This document shows positions 51,088 to 64,000 of a stretch of 64,000 nt of DNA, in pieces; the first letter of the stretch is position 1; every line of letters starts with the position of its first letter. The notes beneath the pieces were generated by a model, which made no database searches, was not told the DNA's origin, and was given only the letters and a program-made list of their open reading frames with translations. This stretch comes from Octopus sinensis. Taxonomy: Eukaryota. Position numbers and translations under genes: made by a program. The stretch is taken from positions 193,006,001 through 193,070,000 of the forward strand of contig NC_042998.1 in NCBI RefSeq assembly GCF_006345805.1. Direction: 5' to 3'.

Positions 51088-51985
51088 TTGGTTTAAAATA
51101 TAGACAGCTTCGATTCTCTAAACGTTTAACTCCGAGCGAACTCTTACTGACCAGAGCCAACGCTGGAGCTTCTACGTCTTTGAGTCGATCTGACAGAAAA
51201 AAAAGAGAGAAATTATCAATAAATCAAGTCTTGTCTTATAAATAAGAAAAGATACATTTTAAATAAAGTTCTTGTCAGAATGTCTGGCTATAACACGGGA
51301 TGATCACTATTGGAACGCTTTTTAAGATTAGTTACCAGATGAGCGTAGTTTCTAGCACAAAGTGTCTGTCACTTCAAGTGAATTTAATAAATATCTAGAC
51401 AGAAGTTCGGAAAAGAACAATCTAGCTTCGTCATATCTTTAGCACCTGAGGAATAAAATAGCATGCGTAGTCTAATAAGGTCTATTGGATCAAATTTAAT
51501 TTTCTTGGAACTAATAAGATTAATAGCTTATTAGTTCCCAGGTCCTAATGAGGGAGAACAGTTCAGTGATAAGTCATTGGCAGGAAGTAATTTGTTGAAA
51601 TATCTTTCAGCAATTTAAAAATCAATTTCGGACAAATGTTATTCTGAGGTTACGAAACTATATTTCATCGAAATATATCAAGAAATTCTGATATTATATT
51701 GCATTCCCTTGTGAATAACTTGTCAATGCAAATATCTAAATAAAACAAATTGGTAAATTTTCAGGGTTTAAATTTTATTAAAATTGTTATCTCTTGAGAA
51801 ATATGGAATTTTATTGATTTTGATGCAAACAACGAATCAAGGAAGTGGCACAACTTCCCTTCCACTTTCCAAATAATTCTCTTGATAGCCTTTTTGATTG
51901 AAACACGTGATTCTGTGCAACGTGTACAAATAACAAAAAATAGTTAAACAGTTAATGAAATCTGAATTAAACACACCCAACATGA

Positions 51986-52445
<460 letters not shown>

Positions 52446-53195
52446 AATTAAAAAAAAAAAAAAATATATATATATATGGAGGCACATGGCCTAGTGGTTA
52501 GAGCAGCAGTATAGAAGTGTGGTTTAGGAGCTCACTTTTCAACAGCGTGGCTTCGGATTAAATTCCATTACACGAATCTTTAGACAAGAGTCTTCAACTG
52601 CTGCCCTGGGCCGACCATTGCCGTGTGAGAAAATTTAGTAGATGGAAAGTGTATTGAAGCTAATCGTATATGTATAGTTATATATATATTTATGGTGTGT
52701 GTGATTGCCCTACCCACCACTTGACAACCGGTGTTAGTTTGTTTACATCTCTGTAACTTAGAGATCTATAGACTAAGGGCCAGATTTTAAAAAAGTAAGT
52801 ACTAAGGGCGAACTGTTCTACTAAATGCGGTGCCAGAATATGGTCGCAGTCCAATGACTAAAAGCAAGTTGTATGTTGTTATTCTTATCGTTTAGCTCTA
52901 GGTAATGTGTGGCTGAGCAGACCTGTGGTCAAAATACATTCCATTCGTAACCATTCCAACTTTTCGCTGTCTTTGACATAATCCGATATATAATTCCCTT
53001 TCTGGTAAGGCATGATTTCAAGGACATCTGAATGATGCCAGGTCGAAGGACTTCATAGAATCACCTTGATTAGCGCGTTTAGGTTGTATGTACAGGAGGT
53101 CTGTATGCCGAGTGTAGGAACAGGTAGGTAGAGAGATAACAGTGAGAATCTCAATAAAAATGAAAGAGTGAATATTGTGAGCCTGTAAACAGAGT

Positions 53196-53615
53196 GGATC
53201 TTTTCGCTTTGAACGGTAGTTTCTTCTAGCAGTGTTATATGAAATTGTCACCCATAATTATGACCCTAGTATCGATCTATTGCATTTCAATCTGTTTTAG
53301 GGTTAGTGTTAGGGTTAAGGGGAAGTGTATCTTTTTTCTTCACAAATGTAAATAAACCCAATCTGTTTCTTAAACGAGGGACATATTCATACGGCACAGA
53401 ATGTTTTCACCTCAATAGACGTAATCGATCGGTTGAAATTGCAGAAATTGAGGAAGAAAAAAACAACAAATATCTTACAAACTATAGAATTTTCTCAATA
53501 AAGCCAAGAGAAAAAGATGTTTTATAAACACATTCTACCAGTATACGAAGTTTAAAAGTGTTTAGTTACGTGGAAATTATTTTAAAAAAAACTGCTGGTC
53601 AAACCGAAAATATCC
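53196..53615 (+). mobile_element. About 420-bp MITE with GG-ended TIRs and 8-bp TSD (Merlin/Mutator-like)
   Basis: aacagagt|GGATCTTTTCGCTTTGAACGGTAGTTTT ... AAAACTGCTGGTCAAACCGAAAATATCC|aacagagt. Confidence 0.85.
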
Positions 53616-54092
53616 AACAGAGTCAATCGAACGTGAGTGGAAAGAGAGTACTATCATGTCTCAAAAGTAAGAAGTACTTTTGAAATCATTTTCGAAACAT
53701 ACAATCAGTCAAAATAAGAAATAGTTGGTTAAATAATTATATGGTATATATCGTAACTATCTGTGTTATTGTAAAACATTTGAAGACGCCGCATTCATAC
53801 AATACATTTTGGTATCAGAAACTGTATGGCACTACATCCTTAAATGTATACACAAATATTTTACACATAACTGCGTGCACCGAAAAGAAAGTCATCGTAT
53901 ATATATTATCATTATTTCAGAGTTCATAGCTGATAGTTTTGATGGTGATATTTGCTTCTAAAGTTTAATCAGCTTAAACCAGTTAGCATCTATTGGCTGA
54001 GATCTAGGTAAGAAAATATTTTCTACACATGCATCGCAACTAAGTCGATCGGAGTAAACACACACACACACACGCACAAATATATATATATA

Positions 54093-54228
54093 TAGTTAAT
54101 CCAAACATGAAAACACAAAGAGAAAACACAACAACGCGAGGACGTGGAACAAATATAGTATTATTGGACGCTCAGGAAGGAAGGGAAGAAGGAGGGTTTA
54201 ACGTTTCGAGCGGAGCTCTTCGTCGGAA
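54093..54228 (-). mobile_element. PLE-like terminal fragment with degenerate hammerhead (54196-54228)
   Basis: Homologous to 14608-14744; minus strand CCGACGA-A-GAGC-UCC-GCUC-GAAA-CG-U-U-AAAC. Confidence 0.65.
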
Positions 54229-54527
54229 GACTGCCCGTCCTCACATACACACGTATAACTCGGGAAGATTTTCAGTTCTTTGCTATCTGGATCAGGAGAG
54301 ACTGCTACTCCAGATTTCTAGTTAGTGCGGGAGCTGAGGATCGAAATGTTGTTTGGATACATTGTTTGATGTGCATATTACCAAGATAACAAAAATATTC
54401 AGACGATGATTGGCGAGATGAATTTTCGCATGATCCAAAAAGAGAGAAAATTAAACGGTGTTGATCCTATGATAAACTTTTGTTTCGAACCATATAGATT
54501 ACGGTTCTCAATTATGGTTGCAACGTA

Positions 54528-54736
54528 TTAGGGGGTGCTGAAAAATTCCTGGTTTTGGGTAAAAAAAATACTGGAGGATCAATTAATTATGATTTTATCC
54601 AACATATTCCCCTCTCAGATTCACGCACAGGGGTCCTTCAGTTTTTCTAAGCTTTCTAAAAGAACTCGGAAGGTTGGACTTCCAGCCAGGTCTTTCGCGA
54701 TACCCTTAAAACCAGGAACTTTTCAGCACCCACTCA
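54528..54736. mobile_element. Mariner-like MITE
   Basis: TA|ttagggggtgctgaaaaattcctggttttgggt ... acccttaaaaccaggaactttttcagcacccactca|TA. Confidence 0.75.
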
Positions 54737-54879
54737 TATTGTTAAACAGACCGTGAACTCGAGACACTAAGAAAACTGCATTTATGCCGCGTTATCATTT
54801 TCGTTATCAGTATCCCTACAACTAGAACCTCTGCATCATCAGTAATACCACTGCTTCGTCCACAACCATTACTCGCATC

Positions 54880-55095
54880 ATCATTATCACCATTTCTACT
54901 CTACTCTACTCTTCTCCTCTGGAAGCCATCTACTCGCAATACCAGAGGGCGCACACTCTCCTACCCTGATGTAAATCTCCAGGGATACAAGCCTCCAGCA
55001 ACAGGACCTCCGTAATGCTATGATGGATCGTGAAGTCTGGCGTAACATAGTAAATTCCATTGTCTCGACCACGGTCGAACAATGATGATGATGAT
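54880..55095 (+). mobile_element. RTE-like LINE extreme 3' end
   Basis: Translation RDTSLQQQDLRNAMMDREVWRNIV (M.DR..WR motif) followed by a (GAT)n tail. Confidence 0.7.
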
Positions 55096-56087
55096 CACCA
55101 TAACTACCACCATCATTCATACCACCATCTCATCCTCAATCGCCGCCACCACCACCACCATTGTCTTCATCATCATCATCACCACCACCATCCTATGCAA
55201 AAAGCACCATTATCATCATCATCATCATCACCAACAGTAGCAGCGGCAACATTGATGGTTGTTTTAGATCTGAACATACTCGAATAATTAGGATCCTTTC
55301 AGCTATATCTAATATAATATAATAATTAATATTTCCGAGAATTCAGATATAGTAAGTGGCTCCTGGAAGGAAGTGTAGATTTTGATATCAAAAAGCAGGA
55401 ATCTTTTGTTGTTGGAAATGTGCTTAATTATCAAACAGATTTTTAAAATTTCGAAATCGAAAAATTAGAAGTTATTCTGCAACTGATGAAAGAAACCCGT
55501 TTTGATCCCGTTTCCGTCATCGTGTGTTCGATAAATATTGTATTAGTTTACATGTCTGAAACGGCTACTTTGATGTTGTTACACAACGGGATGCATATAA
55601 CATTAAATTGCAATAATTTATTTTCATTTTTTGTTTTTTCAAAGCTTTTTTTTATTTTTGGATGCGGGAGGAAAACCAAGTTATAAATATTGTAAAATTA
55701 AATATAAAGATAATTAAGCGGAAACATAATTAAGTGTAAAACTAATTAAATAATATTTTATAGCATTAAAAAAAAAATCTGTAAAGGAAAAGAAACGCGA
55801 GCATGGATGAGTTCATAATGTGCCAAGCTATTAATTGAATATTCATGATTCGTACTCGTGTCACTGGCGTTGTATAGTGTCTGCTGGTTAGACATTTAGC
55901 TACTTAATAGCTAAGCGCGCCGAACTATAGGGTGGTAACAAGAATGATGTAACAAGCAGTGAGAAACTAGAATTCTCGTTTCTTTTCCGATGGGCAAAGC
56001 AATACGGAAGATCTATGTCTTATCACGCAATGTTAAAGATATAACTTCGTTTTTATGTTTGAAGAAGAGAATTTGATTAAAAAGTTC

Positions 56088-56516
56088 GGAACTTTTCGGT
56101 TTGAATGGTAGCTTTTTCTAGCGGTGTCATATGAAATTGTCACCCATAATTATTACCATAGTATCGATCTATTGCATTTCAATCTCTTTTAAAGTTAGGG
56201 TTAGTTAGGATTAGGGGTGGGGGGAATGGTATCTTTTTTTCTTCACAAATATAAATAACCCCAATCTGGTTCTTAATCGAGGGACATATTCATACAGCAC
56301 AGAATGTTTTTTTAACCTCAAGGGACGTCAGTGATTGATTGAAATTGCAGAAATTGAAGAAAAAAAACAACAAATATCTTACAAACTATAGAATTTTCTC
56401 AATAAAGTCGAGAGAAAAAGATGTTTTATAAACACATTCTACCAGTATACGAAGTTTAAAATTTTTTAATTACCTAGAAATTATGTTAAAAACTGCCGAT
56501 CAAACCGAAAAGATTC
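56088..56516 (+). mobile_element. MITE, second copy of the 53196 family
   Basis: Same TIRs and interior; flanks aaaagttc / aaaacttc (7 of 8 match). Confidence 0.85.
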
Positions 56517-56845
56517 AAAACTTCCTCTAAATTACTATTAAGAATCTTTTTTAAAAGAACGACACAAAATATGTACAACACTTTGAAATAAACCCCACCA
56601 CCTCAAATATAAACGTACGAGAAAATAACAGAGGGTTTTTAAATAACTTCGGTGGAGAAAGAGGGTCTGCGTTCTTGGCCTATACAAAACTCTTAGGTTG
56701 GGGGAAAGAGTGGTGTAGTTGATGCTTAGCTCAAACTTTACATATTGTTCCACGTAGGAAAACGTAGTAGGCGGCGATTCAGTGGTTACTGAGCTTTATG
56801 TTTAGTTCAAGCTGTGTGGCGGATATGATATAGTATGAGTGATGA

Positions 56846-57445
56846 GGCGGCGAGCTGGCAGAAACGTTTGCACGCCGGGCGAAATGCGTAGCCGTATTTC
56901 GTCTGCCGTTATGTTCTGAGTTCAAATTCTGTGGAGGTCGACTTTGCCTTTCATCCTTTCGGGGTCGATGAATTAAGAACCAGTTACGCACTGGGGTCGA
57001 TATAATCGACTTAATCCCTTTGTCTGTCCTTGTTTGTCTTCTCTGTGTTTAGCCCCTTGTGGGTAGTAAAGAAATAGGTATTTCGTCTGCCGTTACGTTC
57101 TGAGTTCAAATTCCGCCGAGGTCGACTTTGCCTTTCATCCTTTCGAGGTCGATAAATTAAGTACCAGTTACGCACTGGGGTCGATGTAATCGACTAGATC
57201 CGTTTGTCTGTCCTTGTTTGTCCTCTCTGTGTTTAGCCCCTTGTGGGTAGTAAAGAAATAGGTGTTTCGTCTGTCGTTACGTTCTGAGTTCAAATTCTGC
57301 CGAGGTCGACTTTGCCTTTCATCCTTTCGGGGTCGATAAATTAAGTACCAGTTACGCACTGGGGTCGATGTAATCGACTAGATCCGTTTGTCTGTCCTTG
57401 TTTGTCCTCTCTGTGTTTAGCCCTTTGTGGGTAGTAAAGAAATAG
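56846..57445 (+). mobile_element. SINE family B, head plus 3 tandem units
   Basis: Same 180-184-bp unit and junction as the 41074 array. Confidence 0.9.
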
Positions 57446-58630
57446 ATATAGTGATGAAAAAAAAAAAGAACACGGGGCTACGATGTCTTGGATATGTTAG
57501 AACAATAGAAGAAGAGAAGAAGAAGAAGAAATGACCTAAAGAAGCAGCCCTGCGTTTGTTGAGTAGAAGTTGTAGTGTGTTGCAGGTGTTAGAGCGACTA
57601 TTTGCCAATCAGACAGATGGACTTTGCTTTTGCATGCGGTTGAGCAAGATTGTGCATGTAGTGTAAGCACCATCCTAGATATGTAATACATTAATGGGTT
57701 TTTTAACTTGATCTTTGCAGACAGTCAGCATCTTACTAGAGCTGAAATATTTTATAGAAGCTTTGTCTTTGGCATGCTGCTTTGCCAGATGTGTGGTTTC
57801 CATGGAGATAAATACCATCCTTATGAATCCTTGTGATTTGGTAAAAGAACAATAAATAATGAAGTAAATTAATACCAAGGGAATATAACGCCAGTCCATA
57901 ACAATTACATACTTTTTAGAGTTCTGATCTTACCAGGGAAATATTTCAATTAGTTAATTGTATGAATTTCCCATACAAACATAAAATTTACATTTTTGTA
58001 TCTCGTCATATTTTGTCTAAGAATGTATGTATGCTAAATAAGAAAATACATACATATATACACATATATAAATGTACACATACATTCATGTATATATATA
58101 TGCTTCTTTCTCTCGAAGCAAAACAAATATGAGACATCAATGAATAGGAAATAAGAAAACACCTAGATTTGACAATCGATACAGTCTCTACGAAATTAAT
58201 ATGGAAAATGTGACTCACATCATAAGCAGCTGTCTGAAACTGTCAACATGGTAATATCAACCTTTGAGTTATGATCTAATGACCGAAACACCGCACAGCG
58301 GGGGAATAGTTTCGAAGTTCAACAGAAAAAAAGGTTACAACGACGTAGAGGGCGCACACACCTTTGATACCAATAAATTACTGAAGAAACGTTCCAGTCA
58401 AAAGCTTTGTATAATACATATGAATAATCGGCAAGAGACATTAAGAGAAAAGAAAAGCTGTACACTAACAGAAATTAGTTGTCCAGTCGAAGTTAACATA
58501 TGCAATATAAACAAAGAAAACATATTGTGCATATATGCATACATGCATGGACACATAACGCATACGTACTCTTTAATGTTACATCACGTCACATTTAGAA
58601 GGTTATGCTTTTGTAATACAAAGGGAGATA

Positions 58631-59046
58631 TCTATTTCTTTACTACCCACAAGGGCTAAACACTGAGGGGACAAACAAGGACAGACAAACGGATTAAGTC
58701 GATTACATCGACCCCAGTGCGTAACTGGTACTTAATTTATCGACCCCGAAAGGATGAAAGGTAAAGTCGACCTCGGCGGAATTTGAACTCACAACGTAAC
58801 GGCAGACGAAATACCTATTTCTTTACTACCCGCAAGGGGCTAAACACAGAGGGGACAAACAAGGACAGACGAACGGATTAAGTCGATTACATCGACTCCA
58901 GTACGTAACTGGTACTTTATTTATCGACCCCGAAAGGATGAAAGGCAAAATCGACCTCGGCGGAATTTGAACTCAGAACGTAGCGGCAGACGAAATATCG
59001 CTAAGCATTTCGCCCGGCGTGCTAACGTTTCTGCCAGCTCGCCGCC
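58631..59046 (-). mobile_element. SINE family B, head plus 2 tandem units
   Basis: Reverse complement of family B; aaagggagata occurs on both flanks (58621 and about 59051), a likely TSD. Confidence 0.9.
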
Positions 59047-59517
59047 TTACAAAGGGAGATACTCAACGAACAAAATAGACGGTGGCTGCTTCATTCCTTT
59101 TTCCCGTCCCTGGTCATAATTCCCTCGTGATGTTAACAATGGCTTCATATAGTCTGGTGAAATGCGTCAAAAGTGGCTGATAAGATAAAAAGTAATCCAC
59201 AGGGAACGGGATAAACATTTCATGTTTTTTAGTTAAAATTTTTTTTTTTTATATATTGTATATTTGAGGTGCACTCTTGCCATTTCTTTAATTCACACAA
59301 AAATTTGGCAGCGCTTGCAATGATCATATCCAATATCTGACACCTTGGTAGGCTGGAGTGTTAACTGATTTCATATCATTTCATTTCGAAGATATTACTT
59401 CTTTTTAGCTTCATGGCGTTGATAAAAGAGCTACAGTTTCACGATTTTTCAAAACTAGCGCTTTTATAAAAATATAAAAGCTTTTGGCTGCGGGTTAAAT
59501 TTAAAACAAAAATTTTC

Positions 59518-59927
59518 GGATCTTTTCGGTTTGAACGGCAGTTTTTAACATAAATTCTAGATTACGAAAAAATTTTAAACTTCGTATACTGGTAGAATGT
59601 GTTTATAAAACATCTTTTTCTCTTGGCTTTATTGAGAAAATTCTATAGTTTGTAAGATATTTGTTGTTTTTTTTCTTCAATTTCTACCAATCACTGACGT
59701 CCATTGAGGTAAACATTTTGTGCCGTATGAATATGTCCCTCATTTAAGAAACAGATTGGGTTTATTTACATTTCTGAAGAAAAAAGATACCCTTCCCCCC
59801 ACCCGTAACCCTAACACTAACCCTAAAACAGATTGAAATGCAATAGATCGATACTAGGGTCATAATTATGGGTGACAATTTCATATGACAACGCTAGAAA
59901 AAACTGCCGTTCAAAACAAAAAGATCC
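59518..59927 (-). mobile_element. MITE, third copy of the 53196 family (inverted)
   Basis: GGATCTTTTCGGTTTGAACGGCAGTTTT ... AAAACTGCCGTTCAAAACAAAAAGATCC; flanks caaaaattttc / caaaaatattc. Confidence 0.85.
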
Positions 59928-60193
59928 CAAAAATATTCTAATTAGTGTGTATAAACGGTGACTTATGATATACAACTTTCATGAATGCTTTTTTCATAGT
60001 TCCCTATTTACATGTGTTTAATGCAGGAATATAATTTCAGTCCCAATTATTGAAGCTCAAAATCAGTAAAGTATTATATATCAGTTTACTTTAATGTAAA
60101 ACAATTCCATTTAGAATAATTTTGTTCCAAGTTTGATTCAAATCGATATATCTTAATACTAACAGTTTTTAATGGAAGTTATCACTTTCGGAA

Positions 60194-60396
60194 TACTCTT
60201 TTACTTGTTTCAGTCATTTGACTGCGGCCATGCTGGAGCACCGCCTTCAATCGAGCAACTCGACTCCGGGACTTATTCTTCTGTAAGCCCAGTACTTATT
60301 CTATCGGTCTCTTTTGCCGAACCGCTAAGTAACGGGGACATAAACACACCAGCATCGGTTGTCAAGCAATGCTAGGGGGACAACACAGACACACAA

Positions 60397-60441
<45 letters not shown>

Positions 60442-60612
60442 CATATATACGACGGGCTTCTTTCAGTTTCCGTCTACCAAATCCACTCACAAGGCTTTGG
60501 TCGGCCCGAGGCTATAGTAGAAGACACTTGGCCAAGGTGCTATGCAGTGGGACTGAACCCGGAACCATGTGGTTGGTAAACAAGCTACTTACCACACAGC
60601 CACTCCTGCGCC
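60194..60612 (-). mobile_element. SINE family A, full length
   Basis: Reverse complement of 23674-24063. Confidence 0.9.
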
Positions 60613-60775
60613 TATAATGTATTTTAATCTAATTTAAATATATTTTTATCTAATTTAATTAAGAATACGTGTTTATTCACTGCTATCACGAAAAAGAAAA
60701 ATACAATACGATAATGAGTTTATTAATACTGACGAGTCTTCCTTTTACTAAATTTTGTATAATAGAACTTCGTGT

Positions 60776-61172
60776 CATCTTTATATATAAAAGAGAAGTG
60801 TGTCTATCTCCTACGATTTAGATTCCTAACTACTCCCACATTTTGCGGTGCAGTTTAACCAAAAGCGGGTATCTTATAGTCGTGATTCATATCGAGCCCT
60901 TCTGGGTATTAGCGCGCGTCTACGATGAGTCTTCGATTAAAAAAAAAATTACCATAATTTTTTTCCATTTTAATGCATTTTTTCGCTATTATATAAGGGA
61001 AGTAACTCACTAAAAATGTCTACGATGAGTCAACGATTAAAAAAAAAATTTACCATAATTTTTTTTCATTTTTAATGCATTCTTTTGCTTTTTTTTTTGC
61101 TATAACTCTCTGAAAATGCTTATATAGTTATTTCCCTTACAAACCCGAGCAACGCCGGGCGATACTTCTAGT
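60776..61172 (-). mobile_element. Helentron/DINE-1-like element, inverted copy of 36591-36986
   Basis: atctttatatataaaag ... cccttacaaacccgagcaacgccgggcgatacttctagt; internal duplication of gtctacgatgagtc...ttttaatgcat. Confidence 0.65.
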
Positions 61173-64000
61173 TCCTTATAATTTTTTGTGTTGAAAAAAG
61201 TCCCGTTCAGTGATTTCATGTATTATATTTAACTACAATTTCATCCATCCAAAATGAGTCCATGATGCAAAACTAAATTGCAAATTAAACAACCTGCTTT
61301 AGAAATCGGATAGTATGAAGGTAAATACGGTAATAAAAAAATGACACACTCCCGTTATTTGAGAGAGAGAATCACAGTGGTTATTCCACAGTGGTTATTC
61401 CACAATCACGTGAAATTAAAATAGTAAGCGCTGTCATTATTTTTTTATATGACGGAAATGTTCGGCACAGCTATTATTAAATTCTAAATTTGTGAATTTC
61501 CTTTGAAAGGCACAATTGCAGTGTTTTAGCTTTTGCAGGAAAAATCACAATAACCAACAAATAATGTTTACAAAGCTGGAATATGTAATGAAAAAATTCC
61601 TTCGTTGTATTCAAGACGCTCCAAATCTTTACGTGACAGCAGCCTCGCGAAGACAGCAGCGACCCTGCTTTGAGGAGGCCGAACCTAAACAACTCTAAAA
61701 ACAACAAAACAGTGGAGGAAGTATAAGTCAATCAGCACCTTATGCCAAAATACCATAATTATACGAGTCAAAGAAAGAAATGTGTGGAAAATAAAAAAAA
61801 ATATTCCTTCTTTTTTTTTCACAAGCTAAGAAGACAACTCTGGAAGGCATGTTTCTGTCTACTTACGACCTCATCAGAAAAAGTAGTCCTCAGCGTACTA
61901 AGTGAAATGAAGTAGGGATGAGAAAATCACTAAGTAAACATACATTAATTTGTGTAAAAACTAGATTTTTGTACAGAATAAAACCCAGAGACGCCATCCA
62001 TATGATAAAAAAGAAGTTAAGTTAGTACTAGCATATTTAATCCAGGGGAGATTAAAAATAGCCGTGGGTAGCTTTCAACTTTTTCTATCCCTGGATATTT
62101 TTTATCTCTATACTTACACGCTACTATTTACAGCTTCTTATTTCGAGATCCGCTGTTCCAAAACAACTATTATTTCACGTTCTCTCAAAGTTTATAAATC
62201 CTTATGCCAAGCACGCGCGTGTTTGTGTGTGTGTGTGTGTGTGTGCGTGCGTGCGTATCTGTGTAAGTATCCATTTTGGAACTCCTGCTGCTGCAAGATC
62301 GGAATCGAGAGACAACAACACCAACAAGGGAAACACTGTGTAGTAGCTCTACATGCGAGAAATAGCAGCCAAATATTCCTGAACTCATACGCTATTAAAA
62401 AAAAAAGCTGTATGGTCACGACAGCAACGCCTTTGCTCAAATCTGACCTGAGGCTAAACACCAATGTGATAATAGACAGGCGGGTGATAAGCTCTAAACT
62501 GGTCCGTGGTGAGTTCAAAATAGACCATTGGTTAAATTTGTGTGATTAGGGAACTTTAAAATAATACAACTCGGAAAATCTATAAACCGCTCTCTTTCAT
62601 TCTAACAGCTTACATTCGTCTTGTTCTTAGAAACAGATACAGGAACAGTACAAGAAAATTGTTCTATTTTGGCCATTGCCAACAAGAAGAAAATATTGCT
62701 TGCATCTAAATTGGTATCTTGCTGAAAATAGGAAAGCCAGCTTTGTATAACACAAAACGATATCGGAAGAGTTTGATGAGCAGAATAAAAAGTAATTTTT
62801 CAGAAATATTTATTAGCAGCTTCGACATATAAAGGGTTCTTTAGCGAAAGGAAATCACAGAGTTGAGGAAAGAGAAATTCCTTTTTATTTACTGAGTTTT
62901 TGAAGATGTTTTTGAATATTTATCTTTTAAAACGAAAAAAAAATAATAATAATTTTGATTCCCTCCCGCTCTCTTCAATATACTGTCTGTATTTTTACTT
63001 GATCAGTTTGTCTTCTCAAGCTATATAAATAGTCCAAGAATCCATATATCGAGAGAGACAAGTAAGCAAACAGAAACACACGCACACTACGTGAACATAC
63101 ATGCAGTTTCACTTAGTGAGCGTGCAATCATACACACATACAGATATGTATATGCAGATGTGTGCATGTCCGTATGCATGCATGCATGCACAGTTCTTAT
63201 GTAATTCTGCTATTCTTATGTCACCGAGTTTACCTCGTGTTGTTCAATCACTTCTGTTTTACTGGGATCGGCCTAAGATGTCTGCTTGAAATTGAAAAAG
63301 AATTCCAAGATATTTGGAGACTAGACAGAAGATTTGAAATCATTTGTTGAGTTTGAAGGGATGCTAAAGATTATGACTTTTTCGGTATGCTATAAATATT
63401 TCTCAGGCATTATGCAAAACGAAAGCGAAAATGTATTTCGCTTTGCTATAGAAATTACTGCTTTGAATTTTCTTGTTCGTATGACTCAACAGAAAGACGC
63501 TTTTTGCCAGCATTTCTTGTCATTTAATCTACACACCTACTCATGCCATCTCACTAAGATTTATTTTTAAAGATTTATTTAATGCTTGCATCATTAACTG
63601 TTATAATGCCTATACTGAATAGTTATTACTAACGTAGGAAAATTCCGAAGAGAAAATAATCCTATTGTCTATTTCCTAGCTGTTAACAAATAATTCAAAT
63701 TCTTAAAAATAATTACTGAAATTTCATGTTTATAATAAACTCCTCACAATTCTTTCTCGCTTGTGCTTGTTTGTTTTACAGAGAAAAATAATCCTCTTTC
63801 CACAAATAACAGTAAGATTTGATGGAGTAACTCGTGACGGCATTAAACTTAGAATTGTATTACGTATGTTTCTTTAAATATTTATTTCGCATCTCTTTAT
63901 GCCCTGAGCCACAAGTTTCGAAAACATAAGCATCAGTAATGCACTAAAATTGATTCAGCAAATTTTTTTCACCTACCCTGCGAATGATGATGCGTCTAAT

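Noticed and set aside
55080-55235. His-rich ORF 55060-55287
   Set aside because: Degenerate (CAT/CAC)n microsatellite next to a LINE tail.
63022-63068. TATA box followed by a GT donor, a possible promoter of a downstream gene
   Set aside because: TATA-like words are ubiquitous in this AT-rich DNA and the implied exon would be about 10 nt; no supporting evidence.

Overview
AT-rich, microsatellite-laden eukaryotic genomic DNA. The SINE/LINE/MITE repertoire and the protein suggest a coleoid cephalopod (Octopus-like); this is inference. There is one confident protein-coding gene: an innexin (gap-junction protein) whose whole 401-aa CDS (4118-5323, +) lies in one exon that begins 1 nt after a splice acceptor, followed by a long TE-poor putative 3' UTR. 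The rest is transposon debris: four SINE-type families, RTE/CR1/R4-like LINE fragments, piggyBac-, mariner/pogo- and Merlin/Mutator-like MITEs, Helentron-like elements, minisatellites and a 1.3-kb tandem duplication. The main unannotated signal is a dispersed set of minimal type-I hammerhead ribozyme (HHR) motifs from several unrelated sequence families. One is essentially canonical (11819-11867, minus strand) and one carries the compensatory G3:C8 core swap (37284-37334). Most sit in long fold-back elements inserted in (TA)n tracts, with a sense HHR on one arm and its mirror on the other, consistent with Penelope-like (PLE) pseudo-LTR remnants. Almost all other ORFs in the track are microsatellite or SINE artefacts. 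Coordinates were read by eye and repeat boundaries are approximate.
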